Shown here: one piece after another, positions 39,775-53,274 of the stretch | How positions within the stretch are numbered: position 1 is the stretch's first letter | How the letters are laid out: the number at the start of each line of letters is the position of its first letter | NCBI GenBank assembly: GCA_965205505.1 | Contig: CBDBHB010000009.1 | Span: 64,001-128,000 of the forward strand | Length of the DNA: 64,000 bases | Direction: 5' to 3' | Source of the DNA: Acidobacteriota bacterium | GTDB lineage: Bacteria > Acidobacteriota > UBA890 > WLXD01 | Translations under genes and position numbers: made by a program | Notes under the pieces: generated by a model | Database searches by the model: none | Seen by the model: the letters and a program-made list of their open reading frames with translations, nothing else | What the model was told of the DNA's origin: nothing

Positions 39775-40264
39775 GCGCGTCATCATCCGGTCCGGCAGCA
39801 TCCAGATCCAGATCGCCGCGGACCGGGTCACCGAGGCGGTGTGCTCGGAGCCCGATGGCGGGCCGGTGCTGCCATCAACCCTCACCCACGACACCATCAC
39901 CGTGGAGATCCCCGCCGTGCTCCAGCGCGCCGGCATGGCGGTGAGGCTGATCGTCCCCGGCGCCGGGGACGAGCCCCGGCCGGACCCGAGCCTGATGCGG
40001 CTGCTCGTGCGCGCCTTCGGGATCCGTGATCGACTGGACCGCAACCCCGATCTCACGATCCAAAGGATCGCCGAGGCCGAGGGTGTGGTGGCCTCCTACG
40101 CCACCCGACTGCTGCGGTTGAGCTTCCTGGCGCCGGACATCGTCGCGGCCATCCTCGAAGGCCGCCCGCCGCTGGAGTTAACCGCCAACAAGCTCATGCG
40201 CGACACGCGACTGCCTCTGGAATGGACCGCGCAGCGGCAGCGTCTAGGGTTTCCGACCGCTTAG
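39775..40264 (+). pseudogene. C-terminal part of a large serine recombinase (DUF2924-associated type)
   Basis: LLRLSFLAPDIVAAILEGRPP...LPLEWTAQRQRLG, next to the tRNA-Ser 3' end; GAGACA/TGTCTC inverted motif downstream. Confidence 0.7.
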
Positions 40265-40473
40265 TCTTTGAATGGGCACCGTCAACGGCCAAAAACCCGT
40301 ACCACCGCAAGGGGCTCGAGAGACATCGGCGCCGCAAGCTGGCGCCGGAGCGCACCGTGGTGTCTCTGTTGGCTTCAGGGGCAGCATCGAGTACCGCTAA
40401 AGTCCTGAGAATAAAAGGGATATAGGCGGCGGTCTTGATAACTCCCGCAGTAATCTCAATGGCTCAAGTGGTA

Positions 40474-40563
<90 letters not shown>

Positions 40564-40696
40564 ACGAGAAACGGGCGACGCTCATCGTAGCAGGCTGTGG
40601 TGGAAGTGCCGTAACCCGGTCAACAGGCGCGCCGCACCGCTGTACGGTCGAGGTTGCCGACTCTGCCGCCGAGGCCGGCGTCGGCGGCCCGGCCGC

Positions 40697-41842
40697 TCAG
40701 ACGGTGCCGATGTCGCGTGCCGCCGGAATCCCGTCGAGCGCTGTGGCTTGGGTTACCGCGTCGATGACCGCACTGGCCACTGCGGCCGCCGCTGCCGCAT
40801 CAACCCGGTCGAGATCAGTGGTCGAGCTGACCGGTCCGCCACGATTGGTGGCGAGCGCGAACAGCGTGTCGCCGTCGAAGATCGTGTGCGCCGGGACGAC
40901 TGCGCGTGCCAGCCCGTCATGTGCCACCGATGCCAACCGGTTGCACTGCGCCTTGCTCAGCGTACGATTGGTTGCCACTACCCCGATCGCGGTGTTCTGG
41001 CCACCGGATCCGCTGCTCGTGCCGCCCGGATCCAGCAGTGTTGACTCGGTGTTGCGCAGCGTGCGGCCGTCGCCGGCGAGCGCGCCTGCGATCAGCTTCC
41101 CGCTATGAGGGTCCCGTACGTCGCCACGGCTGTTCACCGCGATCAGCGCTGCAACCACTGTCCCGTCATCGAAACGGAAGCCGGCGCTCCCCAGGCCCCC
41201 CTTCATGCGGCCGCCGCCGAGCATCTTGCCGATCGTAGCGCCGGCACCGGCGCCGACGCTGCCCCGCACTACCGGGTCAGCGGTGGCGACCTTGCAGGCG
41301 GCGTACCCGTCGGCAGCCGTCGGTGCAATGCTCCCATCCCCGACACCGAGATCGTAGAGCACTGCGGCGGGCACGATCGGAACTATGTGGCCACCGAACT
41401 CCAGGCCAACGCCGGTTTCCTGCAAGCGCCGTAACACACCGTCGGCAGTGGCGAGTCCGGGCGCGCTGCCGCCGCTCAGGGCGATGGCGTGTACTCGATC
41501 GATGGCGTTCTCCGATCGCAGCAGATCGGTCTCCCGCGTCCCTGGCGCAGCGCCGCGCACCGCGACGCCTCCGGTGGCTCCGTCAGGGGTTACCACCACT
41601 GTGCATCCGGTCGGTCGGTCCGTACGGGTGATCTGACCTACGAGCACGCCGGCAACGTCGGTGAGCGTGATGGCGCCGGTCTGACCGTTGCCGTATCGGG
41701 TGCCCGCGCCCCGGTCGCGCTGCACACCCGGGCGCCCGCCGTACCAGGCACCCGCGGCCCGTATGGTCGGCCACGTAGCGGCGCTCCCGGCGGGCACCAA
41801 GGACGCGAGCATGAGCGACAGTTGACGGCGACTCCAGTTCAT
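40697..41842 (-). CDS. P1/S58 (DmpA-like) peptidase with a Tat-like signal
   Basis: TGCTVV, GAAPGTRETDLL, LSGGSA, GAGAGA, NTAIGVVATN, FDGDTLFAL; N-terminal SRRQL. Confidence 0.9.
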   Translation of the reverse strand: MNWSRRQLSLMLASLVPAGSAATWPTIRAAGAWYGGRPGVQRDRGAGTRYGNGQTGAITLTDVAGVLVGQITRTDRPTGCTVVVTPDGATGGVAVRGAAPGTRETDLLRSENAIDRVHAIALSGGSAPGLATADGVLRRLQETGVGLEFGGHIVPIVPAAVLYDLGVGDGSIAPTAADGYAACKVATADPVVRGSVGAGAGATIGKMLGGGRMKGGLGSAGFRFDDGTVVAALIAVNSRGDVRDPHSGKLIAGALAGDGRTLRNTESTLLDPGGTSSGSGGQNTAIGVVATNRTLSKAQCNRLASVAHDGLARAVVPAHTIFDGDTLFALATNRGGPVSSTTDLDRVDAAAAAAVASAVIDAVTQATALDGIPAARDIGTV

Positions 41843-41878
41843 GCCGATCACACTAGCAGGTCGTGTACCCTCAAGGCC

Positions 41879-42194
41879 GTGCGGATTCTCTACGTCGCCG
41901 CGGGCACACCGATCCCGGGTACGGATGGAGTACCTGGCTGCCGGGCTTCCGGTGGTTACGGCGGACATTCCCGAGCTCCACGATCTGCTTCCCGAGACCG
42001 TCGCGCGCTTCTACCCTGCCGACGACGCCGCGGCGCTGGCGAAGTTGTTGACAGACCTCGCCGGGCAACGCGCGGAGCTTCGCCGGGCCTCGATCGCTGC
42101 GCGACAGCTTGCCGAGGAGCGCTATGCGTGGGGCCGGCAGGCCGCGGTGGTCAACGCCGTGCTCACGGAGGCGATCACCGAGTGCGCCCGCTAG
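41879..42194 (+). pseudogene. GT4 glycosyltransferase with a large internal deletion
   Basis: N-terminal VRILYVA joined out of frame to C-terminal EYLAAGLPVV...YAW. Confidence 0.7.
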
Positions 42195-42237
42195 CAGGCG
42201 GAGGACGGTCGTAGGCGCGATGGTAGACTCCGCCGGC

Positions 42238-44028
42238 ATGACCGGGGAGATGCTGATCGTCGTCGGCGTGCTATTGGCAGCCCTCGTCCTGTGGGTGACC
42301 GAATGGCTGCCGATAGACTTGGTGGCGCTGTGCATACCGGTCGTGCTGATGCTCACCCGGGTGCTGGAGCCTGCCGCGGCCGTGTCGGGGTTCGCCAGCA
42401 CGACTCTACTCACCGTGGCGTCGGTTCTCGTCGTCTCGGACGGCCTGACGCGAACCGGCGTGATTACCTACGTCGGTAATCGCATCATCCAATTCGCCCG
42501 CGGCGACGAGCGGCGCTTGCTGTTCGCCGTGATGATCACCATGGCGGTGTTTTCGGGCTTCATCAACAACACCGCCGTGGTGGCGATGTTCCTGCCGATC
42601 ATGCTCGGTGTGTCGCAGGAGTTCGAGATCCCGCCCTCGAAGCTGCTCATTCCGCTGTCGTTCGCCTCGATTCTCGGGGGCACGACCAGCCTGATCGGCA
42701 CGTCGACGAACATCCTCGTTCACGGCCTCATGGAAGAGAACGGGATACGCGGCATCGGTCTATTCGAGATCACCCCGGTGGGGCTGATCTATGCGGCCGT
42801 CGGCCTCGCCTACATGTACTGGATAGGCCGCCATTTGTTGCCGGATCGTGGCAACGTTACGTCATACGCGCAGAGTCAGCGCGGTGCCGCCGACTACATG
42901 ACCGAGGTGCAGGTGCCCGAGGGCTCCGACCTCATCGGGGGCCGGGTCGACGAGGCGCTGCAGGCCGCCCATCCGGAAGTTCGCCTGTTGCAGATCATAA
43001 GGGGCGATGCGTTGTTCTGGCCGCCGCTCGACAAGGTGGTCATCGAGGCAGGGGACGTGTTTCTGCTCAAGGGAGACGTCAATCAGCTGCTCTCCCTCTA
43101 CAAAGAGAAGGGGTTGGAGCTGCTGCCTGGTTTGAAGGCGGAGGCGATTCGATACGCGGTGAAGGATATGGCGCTTGCCGAGGCCGTGATCACCCCGAAC
43201 TCGCGGCTCATCGGCAGGTCGCTGAGCGAGATCAACTTCCGACAGCACTACGGCGCCTCGGTGATGGCGCTGCAGCGACACGGCGACCATCTGCGCGATG
43301 GGCTTCCCACCGTCAGGTTGCGCGTCGGCGATGTGTTGCTGGTGATGGCCGACCGAGTCGACATCCAGCGCCTCATGACCTACGACGAGTTCCTGCTGCT
43401 GGAGGGCGTACAGGAGGTCATCGTCAACCGTGAGAAAGCACCCATAGCAATAGGACTGGTGCTGGGCCTGATCGTGCTCGGCGGCGTTACAGACGTCCCC
43501 ATCATGACCCTGGCGATGGTATCCGCGGTGCTCATGGTGCTTACTCGGTGCCTGTCCATGCGGCAGGCGTACGCCGCGCTTGATCTATCGGTGTTGATGT
43601 TGATCGGCGGCGCCATCGCGCTCGGTCGGGCGATGGAGCAGTCCGGAGCGGCGGCGTTTCTCGCCCAGGCCGTCGTTGGCGCCGTGGGGCAGTACGGTCC
43701 GGTCGTAGTGCTGTCGGGTATCTACCTGATGACGGTGGTGTTCACCGAGCTCATGTCCAACGCCGCGGCGGCGGTGCTCATGGTGCCCATCGCGCTGGGC
43801 GTGGCTGCCAACCTGGGCGTCGATCCTCGCCCGTTCGCTATTGCCGTCGCGTTCGCCGGCTCGGCAGCGTTCTCGACGCCAATCGGCTATCAAACCAACA
43901 CCCTGGTGTACGGTCCGGGTGGCTATCATTTCCTCGACTACACCCGAGTGGGGCTGCCGCTGAACATCATCCTCTGGCTGCTGGCCACGTGGCTGATCCC
44001 CACCTTTTGGCCGTTGGTTCCGGCCTGA
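42238..44028 (+). CDS. SLC13 family permease with two TrkA-C domains
   Basis: SGFINNTAVV, LIGTSTN, ELMSNAAA, TPIGYQTN, GGYHFLDY. Confidence 0.92.
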   Translation: MTGEMLIVVGVLLAALVLWVTEWLPIDLVALCIPVVLMLTRVLEPAAAVSGFASTTLLTVASVLVVSDGLTRTGVITYVGNRIIQFARGDERRLLFAVMITMAVFSGFINNTAVVAMFLPIMLGVSQEFEIPPSKLLIPLSFASILGGTTSLIGTSTNILVHGLMEENGIRGIGLFEITPVGLIYAAVGLAYMYWIGRHLLPDRGNVTSYAQSQRGAADYMTEVQVPEGSDLIGGRVDEALQAAHPEVRLLQIIRGDALFWPPLDKVVIEAGDVFLLKGDVNQLLSLYKEKGLELLPGLKAEAIRYAVKDMALAEAVITPNSRLIGRSLSEINFRQHYGASVMALQRHGDHLRDGLPTVRLRVGDVLLVMADRVDIQRLMTYDEFLLLEGVQEVIVNREKAPIAIGLVLGLIVLGGVTDVPIMTLAMVSAVLMVLTRCLSMRQAYAALDLSVLMLIGGAIALGRAMEQSGAAAFLAQAVVGAVGQYGPVVVLSGIYLMTVVFTELMSNAAAAVLMVPIALGVAANLGVDPRPFAIAVAFAGSAAFSTPIGYQTNTLVYGPGGYHFLDYTRVGLPLNIILWLLATWLIPTFWPLVPA

Positions 44029-44180
44029 TCGCGCCGTCCCGGAGGCGTCAACAGGCCGCAACCAGCGAGTACGACGGGTGTACACTGTGGCTATCGCTCG
44101 GCCTTGGCGGTTGCGTCCGACAAGCAGGATGCGGGCGGCCGTCTCATCGTCAGAGAGCTCCAATCGAGGAGGAGGACCCC

Positions 44181-44954
44181 GTGAAAGCCTGTTCCTTGCG
44201 CGTTGTTGTCATCGCCCTTTGCGGCGGCCTCGTCCTCGCCGCCGCCCCCGCGCCTCAACAAGACCTCGCGATCTCGTTCACGGTTACCAACGCCGACGAA
44301 GGTGCCAACACCATGAAGGCGACGGTCGGTGGCGAGCATGCGCGCCTCGACATGGACGGCGTGTCGATCATCTGGGGACCGATCGCCTGGATCATGGTCC
44401 AGCACCAACAGAAGATGTTCATCCGGTTCAGCAAGGAGATGATGGAGCGGATGCGGCAGATGATGGAGCGGATGCCGGCACAGATGCGCCGCGGCGACAT
44501 GCCCGATCCGGACGACTTCGACCCGACCTCCTTCTCCTTTCGCCGTACTGGTGCCACCGACACGGTGACCACCAGCACGGGCACGAAACACAGCGTGTTC
44601 GAGGTCGAGATGACCGGGCCGGACGGCCAGCTAGCCTCGCTATGGCTGTCGACTACTGCCGAGGTCGGTCTGTTCGAGGTCTGGAACCGACTGGCAGAGC
44701 ACCTCTCGAAGGTCGCTGGACCGATGATGGGCGGTGGCCCCGGGGGACGGAATCCCCTGGCGGGCATGGCCGAATATCTGAAGCTGGCGCGGGCCCGCGG
44801 GCTGCCCGACGGCCGCGTGCTGCGGATGGACTCCGAAGATGGGGTCAGCATGGTGGTCAACGACTGGGAGTACGGGCCGTTCGAGGGCAATTGGAAGGAG
44901 GCCCCTACGGGTTATACGGAGCAGCAAATGCCGCGGATGATGCAGCGTCCGTAG
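44181..44954 (+). CDS. Secreted protein, DUF4412-like
   Basis: GGAGGAGG RBS, signal peptide, RTGATDTV and P.GY motifs. Confidence 0.6.
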   Translation: MKACSLRVVVIALCGGLVLAAAPAPQQDLAISFTVTNADEGANTMKATVGGEHARLDMDGVSIIWGPIAWIMVQHQQKMFIRFSKEMMERMRQMMERMPAQMRRGDMPDPDDFDPTSFSFRRTGATDTVTTSTGTKHSVFEVEMTGPDGQLASLWLSTTAEVGLFEVWNRLAEHLSKVAGPMMGGGPGGRNPLAGMAEYLKLARARGLPDGRVLRMDSEDGVSMVVNDWEYGPFEGNWKEAPTGYTEQQMPRMMQRP

Positions 44955-44997
44955 TGGGGCGCTGAAAATCGCCGACGAAACGCCGCAAACGGCTCCC

Positions 44998-45360
44998 TTG
45001 GACGAAGAAGCTCCGGAAAGCGACGAGCTGTTCGATCTGCTCGCTCTGTGCACTGAGGCGAAGCGGCTGGGCCGCGCGCGCCGCGAGGCGGGCAAGGTGC
45101 AGTTCCTCACCGCGGGGCCCGATCTCTGGATTGCTGCTGCCAGCTCCTACAACGTGGTGCTCGATACGTCGGCCAAGCGCGTGCAGCACGGCTGCCGAGA
45201 CTTCCTCGGGCAGGCGCGTGAGCGCCGGCTGTGCAAACACGTGGCGGCGTTGTTGTTGGCGATGGATCGAGACGTCGCGCTCGAGGTGCTGCGCGGCCTG
45301 ACCGTGCCCTATGGGGAGTGGCGCCTCGAGGTTATCGCCGCGCGCGGCTTCAAGAACTGA
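44998..45360 (+). CDS. SWIM zinc-finger protein
   Basis: HGCRDF...LCKHVAALL. Confidence 0.7.
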   Translation: MDEEAPESDELFDLLALCTEAKRLGRARREAGKVQFLTAGPDLWIAAASSYNVVLDTSAKRVQHGCRDFLGQARERRLCKHVAALLLAMDRDVALEVLRGLTVPYGEWRLEVIAARGFKN

Positions 45361-45562
45361 GGGGCGCGAGACTGCATTGTCAGAGCCAGAGCGCACAAAG
45401 CTCCGTCTCGCGGTTGCCCGGCTGGCCGAGACCGACGAGCCGGACACACAGAGCAGTCAGGGGTCCTGTCTAAGGGCCTGCCGAACAGCGTCTTGGCGCA
45501 GTTGCCGCCGAGATTCGTTGGCTTGACAAGACGACCGGGTCATCGCTGATTCCGCCTCCGGC

Positions 45563-45817
45563 GTGTTGCGCATGGAGGAGACCGTCATCAGTGTTGGTGG
45601 CGGGCGCAGGATCGACGTTTGCGTTACCAGCGTAAGCGGCCCCAACTCGCGCTACGTGATTCAGTTCTACACGCTGGCCGAGACCGACATCGACAAGGGA
45701 CCGTCCTCGGTCCAGGTCCGTGAAACGGGAGAGTTCTCGATCGACCAGCGGTCGTCCCACCCCGGGACCGCGCGGCTGCAGGAGATTCTCAGGCAGCGGC
45801 GTCGCCTCAAGAGATGA
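45563..45817 (+). CDS. Hypothetical protein
   Basis: Coding-like composition; no family recognised. Confidence 0.45.
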   Translation: MLRMEETVISVGGGRRIDVCVTSVSGPNSRYVIQFYTLAETDIDKGPSSVQVRETGEFSIDQRSSHPGTARLQEILRQRRRLKR

Positions 45818-45887
45818 CCCGTCACGGATACTGATGTGCACACGGGGACGGCCCGGCACCGTCCCCGGTTTCTTTGTCCGAGTCCTA

Positions 45888-46424
45888 TCAAGACGCAGGA
45901 TTGACTGAGCCGGTCGCCAAACGGCGAGAGATCTCGGGCGCTAGCTCGCGCCAGGGCCGCAACGGACACTTACGGATTTCGATCTCGTGGCCGTCGAAAA
46001 TCACTTCGGCCACGCCGGGAACGCTGTACAGGTCCTCCGCCAAGCGGTGCTCGAGCGCCTGTCGCTTGCCCTCATAGACGCGGGGTGGCAGGGGTGCTCC
46101 GTACCAGGCAAAGCGACGGCACCGGCACTCGCGCTCTACGAGATCGGTTAGCTGGCCGATGTCGAGGTCGGCGCAGAGGATGCGCTCGAACGGCCGGATA
46201 ATACCGCCCCATCGGGCTTCCTTGTGTTTCTTCAGCCGGACCTTGTAGGCGTTGAGTGACAGGACGCGCACGCCCGGCAGCTCGAGGACGGCGCGCATCC
46301 ACACTACGGGCGGCGGCGTCGAGCCGGCGAGAAAGGTCTCGACGATCTCGTCGGTCACGAGTGAATCGGTGTGGACGACCAGAGCGTGAGGGTTCGGTGG
46401 GAACTCGCGTACGGCGTTCATCAA
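45888..46424 (-). CDS. Protein with two NifU/Nfu N-terminal scaffold-like domains
   Basis: PNPHAL...LELPGVRVL...LAEDLYSVPGVAEVIF...W. Confidence 0.6.
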   Translation of the reverse strand: MMNAVREFPPNPHALVVHTDSLVTDEIVETFLAGSTPPPVVWMRAVLELPGVRVLSLNAYKVRLKKHKEARWGGIIRPFERILCADLDIGQLTDLVERECRCRRFAWYGAPLPPRVYEGKRQALEHRLAEDLYSVPGVAEVIFDGHEIEIRKCPLRPWRELAPEISRRLATGSVNPAS

Positions 46425-46527
46425 ATGCCCAGACAGATCGTGGGCTCGCTGGCGCGCCGGTACGGAAGGCGTACTTACGTAACGTTAGCAAGACGCCTTG
46501 CCCCGTTACAAGGACAGCCTTGATTGC

Positions 46528-47061
46528 TCAGGCGGCGTCGAACAACCCGGAGATCTTGTCGAGGATCTTCCAGGCGAAGTGGTCGGCCCGTTGCGGCTCC
46601 AGGCGATGCAGTCGCGCCATCACCGCGCCACGCCACGCCAGCGCTTGCGCCGGATTCGCGCTGAGCACCCGCACCAAGGGGAGCAGAGGTATCTCCAGCA
46701 CCACCGAGTCCTCTTTGGCGATCGCCGAGTAACGACGCTCCTCCTCGCCGAGCAGCACCACGTCACCGAAGGACGCATACGGCGCGACGATATCGTAGGA
46801 GGTGTGGCCGCCGGCTTTCTCGAACCGTTCCATCTGGAGGAAACCGTCCAGCAACAGGTACACCGAGTCGGCTAGCTCGCCCTGGCTGAACAGTCGTTCC
46901 TCCTCGTGCACAAGTCGGCATTCGGCGCGCTTCGAGAGTCCGACGAGGGCCTTCGTGCTCAGGTCGTCGAGGTGAGAACAGTTGCCCAACAGCAGTGGGC
47001 TAACCCCGGAAACCGCGGTCGACGGGAACTCTCTGCGTAGCTTGCTCATCGAGTTGCTCAC
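46528..47061 (-). CDS. Cyclic nucleotide-binding domain protein
   Basis: LFSQGELADSVYLLLDG...FGDVVLL...RRYSAIA. Confidence 0.85.
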   Translation of the reverse strand: MSNSMSKLRREFPSTAVSGVSPLLLGNCSHLDDLSTKALVGLSKRAECRLVHEEERLFSQGELADSVYLLLDGFLQMERFEKAGGHTSYDIVAPYASFGDVVLLGEEERRYSAIAKEDSVVLEIPLLPLVRVLSANPAQALAWRGAVMARLHRLEPQRADHFAWKILDKISGLFDAA

Positions 47062-47271
47062 TTGCGTCTCTCCTGCGTCCCGCTCGGAGGGGTGGCCGGC
47101 AGGATCTCTAACGTCTTATTCGCCGCATCCGGTGATTTGGTTTCGCCGAAGCCGCGTCGCGGCCGGCAGGCCACCTCGCGACAACTCGACCAGGCGACCG
47201 CCAAAGGCCATAATCCCGATGGCGCCATGTCGGTGTTCGCGCGCCTCCAACGAGAACGTAAGGGGAACTTC

Positions 47272-47613
47272 ATGAAGCACCATGAGCGCCAAATCGATGG
47301 TGTGGTGATCGTCGAGCTGAAAGGCAAGCTGACGCTGGGCTCAGGCGACGTACAGCTACGGCAGCTTGTCAGTGACCTGCTGGAGCGCGGCGAGAACAAG
47401 ATCCTGCTCGACCTCGCTGGCGTCCGGTACATGGACAGTTCCGGTACCGGTGAGTTGGTCTCCGCATACACGTCGTGCGCCAACCGCGGCGCCCAGCTCA
47501 AGCTACTGAACCTCAGCACCAAGGTGCGCGATTTGCTGATGTTTACGCAGCTCATCAGCATCTTCGAGGACTACAACGACGTCGCTGAGGCGGTCCACAG
47601 CTTCTCGGAATAG
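47272..47613 (+). CDS. STAS anti-sigma factor antagonist
   Basis: ILLDLAGVRYMDSSGTGELV. Confidence 0.92.
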   Translation: MKHHERQIDGVVIVELKGKLTLGSGDVQLRQLVSDLLERGENKILLDLAGVRYMDSSGTGELVSAYTSCANRGAQLKLLNLSTKVRDLLMFTQLISIFEDYNDVAEAVHSFSE

Positions 47614-47706
47614 GCTTCTCCCGGAGTAGCCGTCCGCCGTGCTCCAACCAGCGTCTCGGTTTGCCGTGCACTCATGCAAGTGTTCTCATACGCCGGGGGA
47701 GGGGCG

Positions 47707-48953
47707 GTGAACGGTCGGAGTGGCAGCTTGTTCGACAACGAGCGCCCTGCCGTGTTGGCTCTCGCCGACGGCACCCTCTTTCGAGGAATTGGCTTCGGGG
47801 CGTCGTGCGTTCGTTGCGGCGAGGTGTGCTTCAACACCAGCATGACGGGCTATCAGGAGATCCTCACCGATCCCTCGTACGCCGGTCAGATCGTGGCGAT
47901 GACGTACCCGCAAATCGGCAACGTCGGCGTCAACGCTGCCGACTCTGAGTCGGGCAGTCCGGCGCTCGCCGGGTTCGTCGTGCGGGAAGTATTCGACGAG
48001 CCCAGCAACTGGCGCGCTGAGGAACCGCTCGGCGCGTACCTCAGACGCCACGGTGTGCCCGGAATCTCCGACATCGATACCCGCGCGTTGGTGCGGGGCA
48101 TCCGTGATCGGGGCTGCCAGAACGGTGTGCTCTCAACCGATCCGGACCGCCAGGACGGCGAGGCATTGGCAGAAATCGCGCGGCGCGCGGCACCGATGGA
48201 TGGCCTCGACCTGGTGGCGGAGGTGACCTGTTCGGAGCCCTACAACTGGGAGGTCGGCAGCTGGCCCGGCATCGACGGGCAGCTGCCGCAAGCCACCGTA
48301 CCGGATGATCGATTGCGGCTCGTGGTCTTCGATTTCGGCATCAAGCACAACATCCTGCGGCTTCTGGTCGATCATGGTTTCGAGGTCACGGTGGTGCCGG
48401 CGCATACCACGGCAGATCAAGTGGCGGAGCTCGAGCCGGACGCGGTGTTTCTGTCCAACGGCCCCGGCGATCCAGCGGCCGTCCTCGAAGTGCCTGATAC
48501 CGTGCGGCAGCTCGTCGACCGATATCCCATCTTCGGCATCTGCCTCGGTCATCAAATCCTCGGTCTGGCGCTGGGTGGGTCGACGACGAAGCTGAAATTC
48601 GGGCACCACGGCGGCAACCAACCCGGCCAAGACGTACACAGCGGGCGGGTGGCGATCTGTGCGGAGAATCATGGCTTCGCGGTCGAGCCGGAGTCCTTGC
48701 GGCAGGCCGGAGAACCGGTCGAAGTAACGCATATCAACCTCAACGACGGCACCGTGGAAGGGCTGGCGCACCTAACGCGGCCGATCTTCTCGGTGCAGTA
48801 CCACCCGGAGGCGTCGCCCGGTCCGCATGACGCGCGGCATTTCTTCCAGCGGTTCCGGGACATGGTGCTGCGCCACCGAGCTGGCGAAGCTGTTACGGGT
48901 GCCGAGGTAGCGCGCGGCTCGGGAAGTAGGCTCAGCTCGGCAAGCCCGACCTG

Positions 48954-48954
<1 letters not shown>
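47707..48954 (+). CDS. carA: Carbamoyl-phosphate synthase small subunit
   Basis: [42 protein letters not shown]. Confidence 0.97.
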
Positions 48955-52190
<3,236 letters not shown>

Positions 52191-52203
52191 CAGGACCGGA
52201 GTG

Positions 52204-53202
52204 ATGCCGGCGCGCGCCACCTTTCACGCTCTCTCTATCGCCGCCGGGATTGCCGTGGTTGTCGGCAGCTCGGTTTCGCAAGACTCGGCCCCGGGCGACG
52301 TGGTTCGCGAGACGATTCCGGGCACCCGAGTCGCATTCGAGATGGCGTTCGTTCCCGACGGCGTGTTCGAGCTCGGGAGCCCTGTCGATGAGACTGACCG
52401 CGACGATGATGAGGGTCCGGTCCGCCGGGTTCGAATCGAACCGTTCTGGATGGGTGTGCACGAGATCACCCACGACGAGTTCGCGATCTTCCGTTATCGG
52501 CGGCTCGACGATCATGCGAGCGCGGCGGCCGAGCTACCGTTCGACGCCGATGCCGTGAGTCGACCGAGCCCGCCATACGAGGACCCCGCCCACGGCATGA
52601 GCAAGAATGGGCACCCAGCCGTAGGCATGACTCGATGGGCGGCGTTGCAGTACTCGCGCTGGCTGTCAACCAAGACCGGAAGGCTGTACCGATTGCCCAC
52701 CGAGGCCGAGTGGGAGTACGCCTGTCAGGCTGGCGAAGATCGGGCGTACGGATTCAACGGTGCTTCCGGTGAGCTCGGTGCGCACGCCTGGCTGGCCGAC
52801 AACAGCCGCGCGACGTACCAGGCGGTCGGTCTGAAGGCACCGAACGCCTGGCGCCTGCGTGACATGCACGGCAACGTGGCCGAGTGGGTGGCCGATCGCT
52901 ACGATGAGGCGTTCTACGCTAGCCTTCCGGATGGCGAGCCCGTCGCGGGTCCGATCTCCGGGCTGCCGGGTCGCGGCCAAGGTGTGGTTCGAGGTGGTTC
53001 CTACATCGATGGGCCGGCTGATGCGCGCTGTGCGGCGCGTTCCCCCGAAACGCCATATTGGAAACGTCGCGACCCCCAGATTCCGAAGAGTCGCTGGTGG
53101 AACACTGATTCGGAGCACGTCGGGTTTCGTATCGTTCGTCCGGCGCGAGAGGTCGGGATCGACGAGATTCGGGCGTACTGGACCACCGTGTTGGGACCGT
53201 AG
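52204..53202 (+). CDS. FGE/SUMF1-domain secreted protein
   Basis: RLPTEAEWEYAC, DMHGNVAEW, RGGSY, VGFRIVRP. Confidence 0.9.
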   Translation: MPARATFHALSIAAGIAVVVGSSVSQDSAPGDVVRETIPGTRVAFEMAFVPDGVFELGSPVDETDRDDDEGPVRRVRIEPFWMGVHEITHDEFAIFRYRRLDDHASAAAELPFDADAVSRPSPPYEDPAHGMSKNGHPAVGMTRWAALQYSRWLSTKTGRLYRLPTEAEWEYACQAGEDRAYGFNGASGELGAHAWLADNSRATYQAVGLKAPNAWRLRDMHGNVAEWVADRYDEAFYASLPDGEPVAGPISGLPGRGQGVVRGGSYIDGPADARCAARSPETPYWKRRDPQIPKSRWWNTDSEHVGFRIVRPAREVGIDEIRAYWTTVLGP

Positions 53203-53274
53203 TACGGTGCTCGCCTGGCAGGCGGAGGATTCGCCACACTTCCACGACTGCCTGCTAACGATTGAGGAGCAACG

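Noticed and set aside
38598-39944. 448-aa ORF as an intact novel fusion gene
   Set aside because: It is a read-through chimera of non-coding DNA, a truncated peptidase paralogue and out-of-frame recombinase sequence.
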